A stretch of DNA of 64,000 nt from Candidatus Moranbacteria bacterium UBA1362 (GCA_002306085.1 DBRS01000014.1:10690-74689), one strand, 5' to 3'; shown: positions 42,530 through 52,606, numbered from the stretch's first letter. Numbers and translations are program-made. Notes: generated by a model not told the origin, from the letters alone.

Positions 42530-43579
42530 ATGAAAAAACTTTTTCATCTATCGATGGGACTTATCGTGCTGGCTTTTGTCGCCCATATAATTTTCACAAA
42601 AGCCGTCATGGATAGCGCAGAGGAAAAAAGCGGGCAACCATCAAAACCAAGCATAGTTTCCGAAAAAAAACAGAATCTTCCCAAAAATAACAAAAGAGCC
42701 ATGAATCTGACATCCGACTCGATTCCCGTAATGGCGGAAAAGGAATTTGAAGGCTCCGACTTAAAATTGGATAAAGCGCTCAAAGAAACCGATGAGTACA
42801 CAAGCTATCTTGCAACATACAAAAGCGAGGGTCTTAAAATTTCCGCGGTCATGAACGTTCCCAAAAGCAAGGGTCCGCTTCCGATCATAATTCTCAATCA
42901 TGGGTACATGGATCCGAAAGTATACAAAAGCGGCAGCGGGGTTCCGAGAGAACTGGATTATTTTGCCAAGCACGGCTATGTTGTTTTTCAGTCCGACTAT
43001 CGAGGATACGGAACGTCGGATCTTGATCCAAGCAATGATGTGCGCCCTCGCAGCGGCTATGTTGAAGATGTTCTGAACGCGATCAGCGCGCTTAAAAAAT
43101 CCGATCTCGATTTTCTCGACAAGGAAAACATAGGTATGCTCGGACATTCGATGGGCGGCGGAATAGCACTTAACATCATGGTCACAAAACCTGACAGCGC
43201 GAAAGCGTACGTCCTGCTCGCTCCGATTCATTCCGACTATAAGGTTAACTTTGACAAGTGGGTCAAGACTGAATGGCCTGAAACCGCTCAGCAATTCTAC
43301 AGGATTTATGGAACATATAAAGAAAAGCCCGAGATTTGGGAAAGCTTCTCGGCAAAAAATTATTTTGACAGAATAAACGCTCCCGTGATGCTGCACCAGG
43401 GTTCCGCCGACAGCCAGGTTCCCGCAGAGTGGTCGCGCGATCTTTTCCGTGACCTCAAGGATCACAAAAAAGACGTCGCCTACCATGAATATCCGGGCGA
43501 AGAACACGTTTTCTCATCTGGCGCGCATTCCGTCGCAATGAAAAAAACACTCAGCTTCTTTGATAAGGAATTGAAATAA
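42530..43579 (+). CDS. Membrane-anchored alpha/beta hydrolase (S9-like)
   Basis: DYRGYG, GHSMGG, D..VP and H catalytic triad. Confidence 0.88.
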   Translation: MKKLFHLSMGLIVLAFVAHIIFTKAVMDSAEEKSGQPSKPSIVSEKKQNLPKNNKRAMNLTSDSIPVMAEKEFEGSDLKLDKALKETDEYTSYLATYKSEGLKISAVMNVPKSKGPLPIIILNHGYMDPKVYKSGSGVPRELDYFAKHGYVVFQSDYRGYGTSDLDPSNDVRPRSGYVEDVLNAISALKKSDLDFLDKENIGMLGHSMGGGIALNIMVTKPDSAKAYVLLAPIHSDYKVNFDKWVKTEWPETAQQFYRIYGTYKEKPEIWESFSAKNYFDRINAPVMLHQGSADSQVPAEWSRDLFRDLKDHKKDVAYHEYPGEEHVFSSGAHSVAMKKTLSFFDKELK

Positions 43580-43594
43580 TCTTCTTATAAAAAT

Positions 43595-43617
43595 CCCTGC
43601 CGAAAGCAGGGTTTTTT
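43595..43617 (+). terminator. Intrinsic terminator
   Basis: CCCTGC-cgaaa-GCAGGG-TTTTTT. Confidence 0.75.
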
Positions 43618-43701
43618 ATTTGCTGGTAGCCCATATTCAAAAAAGCGCATTTTGCTTGATGCAAGCTGAAATGCGCAAACGTGTTTCTTTTGCCGGACAG
43701 A

Positions 43702-43863
43702 TTATGCCTCATCGTCCCATTTCACACCCTTAGCCCCGAGATATTTCCGAATATTCTTCTGCATGACGCAGCGCACCGTATCGGAAGATATCTTGCCCTT
43801 GGCACGCACGGCTTCGAGCGCTTCATTGAGCCTTATGAGATTTTTCTCTCCGTAGTCATCCAT
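43702..43863 (-). CDS. Small orphan protein (53 aa)
   Basis: GGAGGT before ATG; TTGACT-N17-TATAAT at 44016-43988; MDDYGEKNLIRLNEALEAVRAKG... Confidence 0.55.
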   Translation of the reverse strand: MDDYGEKNLIRLNEALEAVRAKGKISSDTVRCVMQKNIRKYLGAKGVKWDDEA

Positions 43864-44053
43864 CGTCTACCTCCTCTGCAAAAGATTCAACACCTATTGA
43901 ATATAATAAAACACCGGCCGTTAGTCAAACAAAAAAAGCCGGTATTGTCGGCAATTTTTAATCTTCTGCAAGCGCCCCCAATTTTTAATTATACATCTTT
44001 TTTGACAAAAAGTCAAGCGATTAAACCGCTTCAGAAAATACTCCCAAAGCAGT

Positions 44054-44359
44054 CTAAAAATTACCGCGTTCGGTATAATTGCTAATCGCCATAACGAGCT
44101 GCACAAAAAGATATCCTATGAACATGTAGACGAGAAGCGCCACCAAAGTCGTGAATTCCACCACGTATCTCCCCTGAAGCGCCGGCGCCGGAAAAATGCC
44201 ACTAAACGGATTGAGAAGCGGTTCAGTTGTCGCATAAAGCCATCTTACGAACGGGGCATTTTCGCTCGCCCCAAAAAGTCTGAACAAAAAACGAAATCCG
44301 AGAAAAAATGCTATCACTCCTACAATAAAATTTATGAATATTATCATAATTCTGAGCAT
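44054..44359 (-). CDS. YggT-like membrane protein
   Basis: FRFLFRLFGA...WLYATTEPLLNPFSGIFP. Confidence 0.75.
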   Translation of the reverse strand: MLRIMIIFINFIVGVIAFFLGFRFLFRLFGASENAPFVRWLYATTEPLLNPFSGIFPAPALQGRYVVEFTTLVALLVYMFIGYLFVQLVMAISNYTERGNF

Positions 44360-44397
44360 AATTTTGATTAATCACGATTTGAATTTTTCATTTTATT

Positions 44398-44604
44398 TCA
44401 TTGAAAAAACGGGATGTTTCTTACCGAATCGTATACGCTTGCCAAAATTGCAGCCACTGCCGCCGCAATGACGGTCGCGCCTATCGCCCACCCCAATCCA
44501 TAGAAAATTCCTCTTAAAAAATTCCTGCCCGGCGAATTCGCCGATTCGATTCTGTCCGTAAGTTTTCTTACGCTGTTTATGAGCATGTTTACTTCCTCGT
44601 TCAT
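44398..44604 (-). CDS. Small membrane protein (DUF5665-like)
   Basis: NFLRGIFYGLGWAIGATV. Confidence 0.65.
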   Translation of the reverse strand: MNEEVNMLINSVRKLTDRIESANSPGRNFLRGIFYGLGWAIGATVIAAAVAAILASVYDSVRNIPFFQ

Positions 44605-44819
44605 AATTCTTATTACATTTATGCGTAAATTTTTACAACTTGCGATCCGGATGCGTCAAAACTTTTACACGTAAAGATGCGAATATTTTTCTTATCCAAT
44701 ACCATTTTTTGCCCATTTTAAGCCTAATATTGTAATAGAACGAAGGCTGTGCTTCTGTAATATTAAATTTTTTCTTTGAGTACTACATCTTGCAAGTAAG
44801 CATTAAATCCGAAAAAACC

Positions 44820-45755
44820 ATGTACAAAATTCTGATTATGGGTAGCGGCTTTGTTGGACAAGCAACCGGAAAGTCGTTGTCTAAACTGGGACATGACGTG
44901 ATTTTTTGCGACACAGACGAAAGGAAACTTAGAAACCTTGAAAGCGAAGGATTTAAAACGTGCAGAGAAAAAAATTTGGAAGAAATCAGTCCGGATATAA
45001 TATTTTTGACGGTTCCCACTCCGACAAAAAACGGACAAGTCGATTTGAAATTCATACATTCGGCGGCAAAAAGCGTCGCCTCAAAAATAATCAAACGCGC
45101 GAACAATATTCCTCTTGTTGTCGTAAAAAGCACGGTTCCCCCCGGAACAACAGAACACTCAATTATTCCGATTCTTGAAACGTATTCGCAGAAAAAATCC
45201 GGACAGGATTTTGAAACAGCCATGAATCCGGAATATCTCAGGGAAAGATTTGCCGTCAAAGATTTTGAAAATCCAAGATTGATCCTGATCGGCTCAAATA
45301 CAAAAAGGGCCCGGGAAATGCTGTGCAAACTCTATGACCCGTATGCAAAAAAATGCCAGATAGTTTCCGTAACTCCCAAGGAGGCGGAGATGCAGAAATA
45401 CGTGCATAATCTTTGGAATGCGACAAAAATATCTTTCTTCAATGAGATACGGGCACTTTCGGAAAAGACCGGAATAAATCCCGACGCCATTTTCAGACTT
45501 ACGATAAAGAGCGCTGAAGCGTCGTGGAATCCGGAATACGGAATTCGCAATTTCGGGCCATATGGCGGCAGCTGCCTGCCGAAAGATACCGTTGCCTTCC
45601 TTCATTGGTCGAAAAACCACGCCCAAACCGATCTTCCGCTGTTGAGATCCGTAATTAAAGTGAATGAAAATCTCAGAAAAGAATTGGCGCAACCGAAAAT
45701 TTCAAGCGCGCAACCCGCAATCGGAGACAAAATGCATGAGATTCGAAATAACTGA
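44820..45755 (+). CDS. UDP-glucose/GDP-mannose dehydrogenase family protein (short, no C-terminal domain)
   Basis: GSGFVG, TVPTP, KSTVPPGT, NPEYLRE, KISFFNE, GGSCLPKD; start taken at ATG 44820. Confidence 0.9.
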   Translation: MYKILIMGSGFVGQATGKSLSKLGHDVIFCDTDERKLRNLESEGFKTCREKNLEEISPDIIFLTVPTPTKNGQVDLKFIHSAAKSVASKIIKRANNIPLVVVKSTVPPGTTEHSIIPILETYSQKKSGQDFETAMNPEYLRERFAVKDFENPRLILIGSNTKRAREMLCKLYDPYAKKCQIVSVTPKEAEMQKYVHNLWNATKISFFNEIRALSEKTGINPDAIFRLTIKSAEASWNPEYGIRNFGPYGGSCLPKDTVAFLHWSKNHAQTDLPLLRSVIKVNENLRKELAQPKISSAQPAIGDKMHEIRNN

Positions 45756-45766
45756 CAGCACAAATC

Positions 45767-48556
45767 ATGATTGCAGAAACCATCTACAACATGCGAGAAA
45801 TAATTCTGCTTTACGCACCTCTTGGAATAGTGGGAATCTGGCGCTGGAGCGTGTGGCTCTGGCAAAAAATACTCTCATTCCGTTACAGGCCGATTCCGCC
45901 GCTCGCTGAAAAAATTTTTTCCTACTCGATAATCACACCGGTGTACAACGAAGATCCTGAAGTTTTCGCTAGAGCTCTCATATCATGGAAAAATAACGAA
46001 CCGGATGAAATCGTAGCTGTCATTGACCGAAGCGACAAGGCATGTATTGATGTTTTCAAAAAATTTTCCGCAATTTTTGCGGGAGCAAGACTTTTCATCA
46101 CAGATGAGCATGGCAAGCGTCCCGCGCTCGGAAGAGGCATTAAAGCCGCCCGCTCACAAATCTTGGCGCTTGTCGATAGTGACACAATCTGGAACGAAGG
46201 AACCGCAAAAAATGCTCTCTCCCCGTTCCTTGATAGCAGTGTCGGGGGAGTTGCCACACGCCAGACAGTGCTGAATCCCAAGACGTTGGCCCAAAAACTT
46301 TTTGCCATACGGCTCAATCTCCGGTATCTTCACGAGTTTCCCTATCTTTCCGTCACGGGAAGTCTGCTGACCTGCCTTTCCGGCAGAACCGCTTTTTATA
46401 GAAAAAATGCCGTCCTGCCGATAGTCGATAAGATGATTCATGAGAAATTTTTGGGCAAAAAGTGCATAAGCGGAGAAGACAAAAGACTGACTTTCTTGAT
46501 ACAAAAAAAAGGATGGAAGATGAAATATCAGCAAGACGCTATCGTCAGCACTCCCGGAGCTCCCGAACTCGTGAAATTTTTTTCACAAAATCTGCGGTGG
46601 AGCCGCAACAGCTGGCGCACTGACATACGAGCATTCTTCAGTTATTTTCCGTGGAAACAAGAGCCGCCCCTGTTCGCATATCACCTTTTCGACAGAGCCG
46701 TACAGCCGTTCACATTGTTGATAGGTCCCATATATCTTTTCATTTTTATAAGCATGGGCTATTGGAACTTGGCTTTTATCCTGATCGCATGGTGGCTCAT
46801 AAGCAGGACCATAAAACTTTTTCCACACTTGAGACGGAATCCGAAAGATATTTTCATCGTTCCGTTCTTCGTGATTGCTCAATACGTCCTGGCAATACTT
46901 AAAATTTACGGGTTGTTTACGCTCGACTACCATTCCTGGATCACGCGCTGGCACAAAAGCAGATTACGAAAAAAAACATTCATGGAACTTCTTCCTTCAA
47001 GAATGACCGCGATTTTCGTGGTAGGCGGACTGTCATTTGCGCTTGTGCAATATCAATATGATAACTTGCAAAATAGCGAATCAAAGCAACGACAAACGGC
47101 CATTGCTTATACGGAAGATTTTTCGCAATTTGACCTCAATGCAAAACAGCAAAATTTCCAGCGGAAAAGAAACGCTTCAAATACAGTGTCATACATCTTA
47201 AGAAAACCTGATTCGCCCAACTTCATAAATTGGCGGCTCAATCTTTCTCCCGAAGCCTCAAAAAAGATTCTTGCACAGCGGCAATCGGGCTTTTCCGCGT
47301 CACCGGGGACAAAATTCCATATCAACATCGAAGACTTGAAAAATCCCATCTCTGCGGACGATCTCGATCCCATAGGAATGCCGCTAGTTTTTTACAATTC
47401 CTATACGAACACGATTCGCCTCAAGGGAAAAGGCTCGGTGGTGACAATTCCTTATGCGGCCAAAGTCTTGAAAAGTGCGGGCATAACCGAACCTCTCGAG
47501 GAAATATCTCCGGGCGAATGGATACTGAGAAGCGACCTGTATGTTTCAGACGGGGTTACGCTGATCATGGACAAGAAAGACATGAGATCACTGAAAATGA
47601 AAAGTGAGCCTGATAATTTCGTCAAGCTCCATTCTTACAACGGAAGCATCCTGATCAACGGGATAATGGTAACTTCGTGGGATGAAAAAGAATCGAGGCC
47701 CGACTATAAATATGAAGACGGCCGTGCATATATCCGCGCGAAAGAAAACGGAAGGATGGATATCCTTGATTCCGATCTCGGATATCTCGGGTATCCGAGA
47801 TTTTCCATCATCATGGGACTTCCGGAAACAGAAGGAGCGATATATGGCATTTCATGGAAAGTCAACAACAGTTCGATCGGAAAATCCGTGATTACCGGCA
47901 TCGTGAAAAATAACAGGATCCACCACAATTATTTCGGGTTGTATACGTATGGCGCAACCGGCATGGTGATAAGCAACAATGAGGTCTACGAAAATGTACA
48001 GTACGGGATCGACCCGCATGACGACTCCAATAATCTTCTTATTGAAAATAATTATGTGCACAATAATGGAAACCATGGAATAATCGTCTCAAAAAGGGTT
48101 GTTTGCAGCACGATCAGAGGCAACGTTTCGGAACGGAACAGGCTCCATGGCATAATGCTGGATCGCCAGTCAAATTACAATCTGGTGGAAAAAAACATCG
48201 CATCCGCCAATGTGAACGGCATAGCGATATATGATTCTCATTCCAATTTGATCAGAAACAACACCTTCGTGCAAAATCGTTTCGGCGTAAGAGCAAATGT
48301 AAATTCCTCAAACAATATGATTTTTGCAAACACAATGAAGAAAAATGAAAGAGGAATTTTCCTTTACAACGATGCAAAAGGAAATCTGATCTCGGGCAAC
48401 ACAATACGCGAAAACGACCAGGGAGTTTATTTCAAAAAAGCCAGAGAAAACGTGCTTTTCGACAAGCTTGGCTGGAATGACAATAAGATAAACATAAAAC
48501 TTGATGACTATTCTCGAAGCGGGAATTTCATCAGAAAGCCGGGAGGCGTTGAATAA
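45767..48556 (+). CDS. Hyaluronan-synthase-like GT2 fused to an AlgG-like C5-epimerase beta-helix
   Basis: PVYNE, GKR, VDSDT, CLSG, GEDKRLT, QNLRW, WITR; C-terminal half has YGIDPHD, HGII.SK and PbH1 repeats. Confidence 0.85.
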   Translation: MIAETIYNMREIILLYAPLGIVGIWRWSVWLWQKILSFRYRPIPPLAEKIFSYSIITPVYNEDPEVFARALISWKNNEPDEIVAVIDRSDKACIDVFKKFSAIFAGARLFITDEHGKRPALGRGIKAARSQILALVDSDTIWNEGTAKNALSPFLDSSVGGVATRQTVLNPKTLAQKLFAIRLNLRYLHEFPYLSVTGSLLTCLSGRTAFYRKNAVLPIVDKMIHEKFLGKKCISGEDKRLTFLIQKKGWKMKYQQDAIVSTPGAPELVKFFSQNLRWSRNSWRTDIRAFFSYFPWKQEPPLFAYHLFDRAVQPFTLLIGPIYLFIFISMGYWNLAFILIAWWLISRTIKLFPHLRRNPKDIFIVPFFVIAQYVLAILKIYGLFTLDYHSWITRWHKSRLRKKTFMELLPSRMTAIFVVGGLSFALVQYQYDNLQNSESKQRQTAIAYTEDFSQFDLNAKQQNFQRKRNASNTVSYILRKPDSPNFINWRLNLSPEASKKILAQRQSGFSASPGTKFHINIEDLKNPISADDLDPIGMPLVFYNSYTNTIRLKGKGSVVTIPYAAKVLKSAGITEPLEEISPGEWILRSDLYVSDGVTLIMDKKDMRSLKMKSEPDNFVKLHSYNGSILINGIMVTSWDEKESRPDYKYEDGRAYIRAKENGRMDILDSDLGYLGYPRFSIIMGLPETEGAIYGISWKVNNSSIGKSVITGIVKNNRIHHNYFGLYTYGATGMVISNNEVYENVQYGIDPHDDSNNLLIENNYVHNNGNHGIIVSKRVVCSTIRGNVSERNRLHGIMLDRQSNYNLVEKNIASANVNGIAIYDSHSNLIRNNTFVQNRFGVRANVNSSNNMIFANTMKKNERGIFLYNDAKGNLISGNTIRENDQGVYFKKARENVLFDKLGWNDNKINIKLDDYSRSGNFIRKPGGVE

Positions 48557-48648
48557 ATTTTTTTTCGATGCGTATAAATCTTATGATGCTTTTCTATGCG
48601 GATACTCTCCGTTCCTAAAACATTCTTAACAACTTTCATAAAACGAAA

Positions 48649-49824
48649 ATGAGCAAAAATTTCAAGATCATAATTATGTTTTTGACGGTTATCGCCGCCC
48701 TTGCAGCGATAGCAATCTTTGCAAGAAAAAACTTAAAAGAAGATTTTCAGGATACCGCACCCCGCGAAATTTTTAGTGATATGAAAACCACGGAAATTCC
48801 GGAAGAAAAAAAATACACCGCCGAGGAAATATCATATTACATAAATCCTTCGGGCAGCGATGAAAACAACGGAAAGACGCGGGAAACTCCCTTCAAAACC
48901 ATCCAGAAAGCAGTTGATCTCGCAATGCCGGGAGACGTGATTTATCTTTTGGACGGAAACTACGAGCAGGACATCATTTCAAAAAGAAACGGCACGAAAG
49001 AAAATCCCATTACAATAACCGGATCCCACGCTGCGGCAGTTAAGGGAGGCGGCGGAGCAAGAGCGATTGAAATCAATCATGATCATATCGTCCTTGAAAA
49101 TTTCACCATTGACGGATTGCACGGAGATCCGAAGAAGCAATCGGGCTACAGGGATAAACTTATCTACGTGCAAGGAAAAGAAAAAGGTTCCGGAGTAACG
49201 GGACTTAAAATAACAAGAATGAACATAAGAAACGGAGGCGGAGAATGCATAAGACTGAGATATTTTGCTCAAGAAAATGAAATATCAAAAAACACCATTC
49301 AAAATTGCGGAGTTCATGATTTCGTCTTCAACGCCGGCGGAAAAAATGGAGAAGCAATCTACATCGGAACGGCTCCGGAACAAAGAACAGACGGCAAGAA
49401 TCCCACAAGCGACATAGACAGATCTGACCGCAATTGGATACACGACAACAAAATAGACACCCGCGGAAATGAATGCGTCGACATCAAGGAGGATTCCTCG
49501 GAAAACATCGTTGAGAATAATTCATGCACAGGGCAAAAAGACAAGGAATCCGCCGGACTTGATTCGCGCGGCAGCGGAAATATTTTTAGAAACAATGAAG
49601 TTTTCGGCAATTTGGGAGCCGGAGTAAGACTTGGCGGAGATGAAAAAGATGACGGAATTGAGAACGACGTGTATTCAAACATAATCAGGGACAATCGCAG
49701 CGGCGGAATAAAAATAATGAGAGAGCCGCAGGGGAAAATATGTTCAAATGATATGGCAAGAAACGGCAAAGGAAATTTTGTCGGAGATTATGCGGAAAAT
49801 TTTTCCAACAAAGAATGCGACTAA
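48649..49824 (+). CDS. Membrane-anchored right-handed beta-helix protein (DUF1565/PL9-lyase-like)
   Basis: GSDENNG..PFKTIQKA...PGD start; GEAIYIG, DRSDRN, ECVDIKE. Confidence 0.72.
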   Translation: MSKNFKIIIMFLTVIAALAAIAIFARKNLKEDFQDTAPREIFSDMKTTEIPEEKKYTAEEISYYINPSGSDENNGKTRETPFKTIQKAVDLAMPGDVIYLLDGNYEQDIISKRNGTKENPITITGSHAAAVKGGGGARAIEINHDHIVLENFTIDGLHGDPKKQSGYRDKLIYVQGKEKGSGVTGLKITRMNIRNGGGECIRLRYFAQENEISKNTIQNCGVHDFVFNAGGKNGEAIYIGTAPEQRTDGKNPTSDIDRSDRNWIHDNKIDTRGNECVDIKEDSSENIVENNSCTGQKDKESAGLDSRGSGNIFRNNEVFGNLGAGVRLGGDEKDDGIENDVYSNIIRDNRSGGIKIMREPQGKICSNDMARNGKGNFVGDYAENFSNKECD

Positions 49825-49835
49825 GCAAACAACAT

Positions 49836-50279
49836 TTAAATCATTTCTCTTGCCTTCATCGCCATTATTTTTGCCGACAGTCCCAGATTTAATTTTTCTC
49901 CTATATTTTTCTCGGAAAAAGGAAACACGATGTTTTCTTCCTTTGCGACATGATCATCTATGACCTGCTGCATCTCACGCACCTTATTTTCATACTCAAC
50001 CAACCCTCCATCAAAATCCCTGAGTTCGTTTATATAACCGCGGACTTTGTTGTGTTCCTGAATGCTTTCTTCAATCATTTTTTCGCCTTCCATTGATACG
50101 CTCCTGACCTCGGGATAGAAAAGCTCTTCCTCGATTTTTGCATGTGTTTCGAAATTTTTGAATATTCTTTCCGCCAGCCTCTTTTTGTCATCGAAATCTT
50201 TTTCATCGCCCAGATCGATGAAAAGCTCCTTAACTTTTCTATGATCCCTTTTTAGGATTTCTATAGGCATTTGTTCCAT
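49836..50279 (-). CDS. Hemerythrin-domain protein
   Basis: DHRKV, HAKIEEELFYP, EH, HVAKEE. Confidence 0.88.
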   Translation of the reverse strand: MEQMPIEILKRDHRKVKELFIDLGDEKDFDDKKRLAERIFKNFETHAKIEEELFYPEVRSVSMEGEKMIEESIQEHNKVRGYINELRDFDGGLVEYENKVREMQQVIDDHVAKEENIVFPFSEKNIGEKLNLGLSAKIMAMKAREMI

Positions 50280-50411
50280 ATGATTATCAATTAATATTTA
50301 TACGTGAAATACAATCGCTAAAATGAAAAATTTCGCTTTTAGCTTGAAATTATCAGCCTTCATTTTTGTACTATTGGAAGACATAGGGTTTACTAGAAAG
50401 GAGGCAAAAAA

Positions 50412-50588
50412 ATGAAGAGCAGCAACAGAGGTTTGGCAAGCGCAGACAAGAAAACGAGACGTGAGGTTGCCAGAAAGGGCGGCCGGGCTGAACATGAAAA
50501 ACGAGGGCTCCAGGCTGCCGACAAAGAAACAAGACGAAGAGTTGCAAGAGCAGGCGGGCGCGCATCGCGAGGAGGCCGCAGCAGATAA
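50412..50588 (+). CDS. KGG-repeat stress protein (YciG-like, 58 aa)
   Basis: Manually translated: two repeats, RGLASADKKTRREVARKGG and RGLQAADKETRRRVARAGG; AAAGGAGG SD. Confidence 0.8.
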   Translation: MKSSNRGLASADKKTRREVARKGGRAEHEKRGLQAADKETRRRVARAGGRASRGGRSR

Positions 50589-50642
50589 AACCATAACTTT
50601 TTACTTTACATCAAAAACAAGCCGGAAAGAAATGAAAAAATT

Positions 50643-51032
50643 TCATCCCTCCCGCATCTTTTTCCCGAGAAAATCGACTATTTCTTTGTCGCCGACATAA
50701 CAATTTTTGCCATCCCACAAAAGCGGCACGCCGATTGAATTTTCTTCGATGCCGCAGGATAATGCTTTTTCCCTCAATTCTCTTGCATTCGCGCTGTTAA
50801 AATAAATTTCTTTCCTGGAAATGCTCACTTTTTCTTCCACATTATTTTCACTTATAAATCTTTCTACATTCGCGCAGTGGGGACAGCTTTCCCCGTAAAA
50901 CAGAGTCACCCCGTTCGGTGACTGCGGGTCCTGCCCGAAGAATTCTCTGCTTTCTCCTCCGAAAAGAACGAAAGCCAAAAAAGCCGCGGCAATGACGGTA
51001 AAAATAATAGATATTTTTGTTTCTTGTTGCAT
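50643..51032 (-). CDS. Membrane-anchored glutaredoxin/thioredoxin-like protein
   Basis: FYGESCPHC, GVP; paralog of 58344-58754. Confidence 0.8.
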   Translation of the reverse strand: MQQETKISIIFTVIAAAFLAFVLFGGESREFFGQDPQSPNGVTLFYGESCPHCANVERFISENNVEEKVSISRKEIYFNSANARELREKALSCGIEENSIGVPLLWDGKNCYVGDKEIVDFLGKKMREG

Positions 51033-51070
51033 AACATTTTATGCCGATCTATTTCTGCCGAAAGAAAAAT

Positions 51071-51502
51071 TCACAAAAATTCATTCCGGAAAAAAATTCC
51101 GAATTCCTTCGGAAGCATATTTTCGATATCGCGTATTTCATTTTTGGCAATGTGTTTTCCGAGTATTTTAAAAACGCCCCTTATAGTTTTTTCCGTCGAT
51201 ATGTCCGGATCGCTCGGAAATTTTCTTTCCACTTCTCCGATAAATTCAGCCCTGTTGAATTTCACCGGCATTTTTGACGGCTTCCATCCTTCATAATAAG
51301 CGCCGCGTATCAGCATCGGAAGCTGCGCTCCGAAGTCAGCGGCTTCTTCAACGGTAAGCCGGTCCCGCACCGTCTGAATAACCGCCTTCAAAAGAGAATA
51401 CGCCCTGTTCCTGCTGCCCAGCCATTCAAATTCATTTTCAATATCCTTGAGAAGCAGATTTGATTTTTGGATTGTGCTGTCGAAAACACCTTTCTTCGGC
51501 AT
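51071..51502 (-). CDS. DUF2267 family protein
   Basis: RDRLTVEEAADFGAQLPMLIRGAYYEGW; start taken at MPKKG. Confidence 0.85.
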   Translation of the reverse strand: MPKKGVFDSTIQKSNLLLKDIENEFEWLGSRNRAYSLLKAVIQTVRDRLTVEEAADFGAQLPMLIRGAYYEGWKPSKMPVKFNRAEFIGEVERKFPSDPDISTEKTIRGVFKILGKHIAKNEIRDIENMLPKEFGIFFRNEFL

Positions 51503-51642
51503 ATAATTTTGCTGATTTACTTTTAAGTACTGCAAAAGAAAAACAATTATTTCAGCGCGACATGATGAATCGCAACATATTTAAAGCTTCCCTCGAAAGG
51601 AAGCTTTAATCTGTATTCTATTTCCATCCATCTCGTCCGTAA

Positions 51643-52251
51643 CTACTTGCGCTTGGAGTTGCCATTGCCATGTTTTTTGTCATTGTCTTGCACCCCTTTA
51701 TCTTTCTGATACTTGCCGTCATGCTTTTTGTCATACCTGTCATTGCCACACTTCTTTTTTGAGCAATGGTGACGTTTGTCTTTCTTGTCCTTGTCCCCGT
51801 CTTTCTTGTCCTTATCATTATCGTCATCGTCATCATCATCGTCGTCATGTTCGTTATTGTTTCCGCCCACGCAGGCATTCTCGTTCCAGCTCCAGCGCGC
51901 ATGATCACCGCATCTCGGAATCCAGTTCCAGCCGGCATCCACTTCCCTTATTTTCGCGAGCAATTCTTCCTTGCTGTCGATGTCATAACTATCCTGCTCG
52001 CGTTTCCTGTCTTTGCGGTCATCGCCGTTGCCTCCTTTGCAACGATCCTCATCCGTATCCCATACCGCATTATCTCCGCAGTTCGGGACCCAATCCCAAC
52101 CGGCATCAGCTTCTTCCACGACCTCCAGAAGCTCCTGTTCGCTTGTTATCATGCTTCTTGCATCAGCTTGGGACGCCACACAGCCGATTCCAAAGACCGA
52201 AAGTGCAGCCAATAGGAGAAACTGCAATCCGCCTGTTTTTAGTCTTTCCAT
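51643..52251 (-). CDS. Secreted protein with two Cys/Trp repeats and an Asp/Lys-rich tail
   Basis: Signal peptide; duplicated ELL..DAGWxWxPxCGDxAxW......CxGG. Confidence 0.65.
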   Translation of the reverse strand: MERLKTGGLQFLLLAALSVFGIGCVASQADARSMITSEQELLEVVEEADAGWDWVPNCGDNAVWDTDEDRCKGGNGDDRKDRKREQDSYDIDSKEELLAKIREVDAGWNWIPRCGDHARWSWNENACVGGNNNEHDDDDDDDDDNDKDKKDGDKDKKDKRHHCSKKKCGNDRYDKKHDGKYQKDKGVQDNDKKHGNGNSKRK

Positions 52252-52420
52252 AGCATTTTAGGTTAATTATTAGATAAGATAAGGCCTTAATCCTATCAAA
52301 AAACAGCTGCAATCATTAATACAAAGACGTTTTTGGCTTGTTTCAAAGGCTTTTGCTGTTAAAAAAACGACTTGTATATAAAAAGCCGCTTTTTATTTTA
52401 TTTTTAAAACTCCGTCGATT

Positions 52421-52606
52421 TTATTGCCTCAGCACAACATATACCATATATAAACCTGAAATCAGGGCAATAATTATGAGAAATCCCAGAATAGAACCGA
52501 AAAAATCACTCCAATATGCCCCGATTGCCGCTCCAATCGACAAAAGAGCCAGCTTGAATATTCCCAATTGCCGCCAAGTAAAAATATAAGATCTGAATAT
52601 TCGCAT
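52421..52606 (-). CDS. Small 2-TM membrane protein
   Basis: 61 aa hydrophobic ORF. Confidence 0.6.
   Translation of the reverse strand: MRIFRSYIFTWRQLGIFKLALLSIGAAIGAYWSDFFGSILGFLIIIALISGLYMVYVVLRQ

Noticed and set aside
51822-51848. (TCA/TCG)n trinucleotide run
   Set aside because: Simply encodes the poly-Asp tract of the minus-strand protein.
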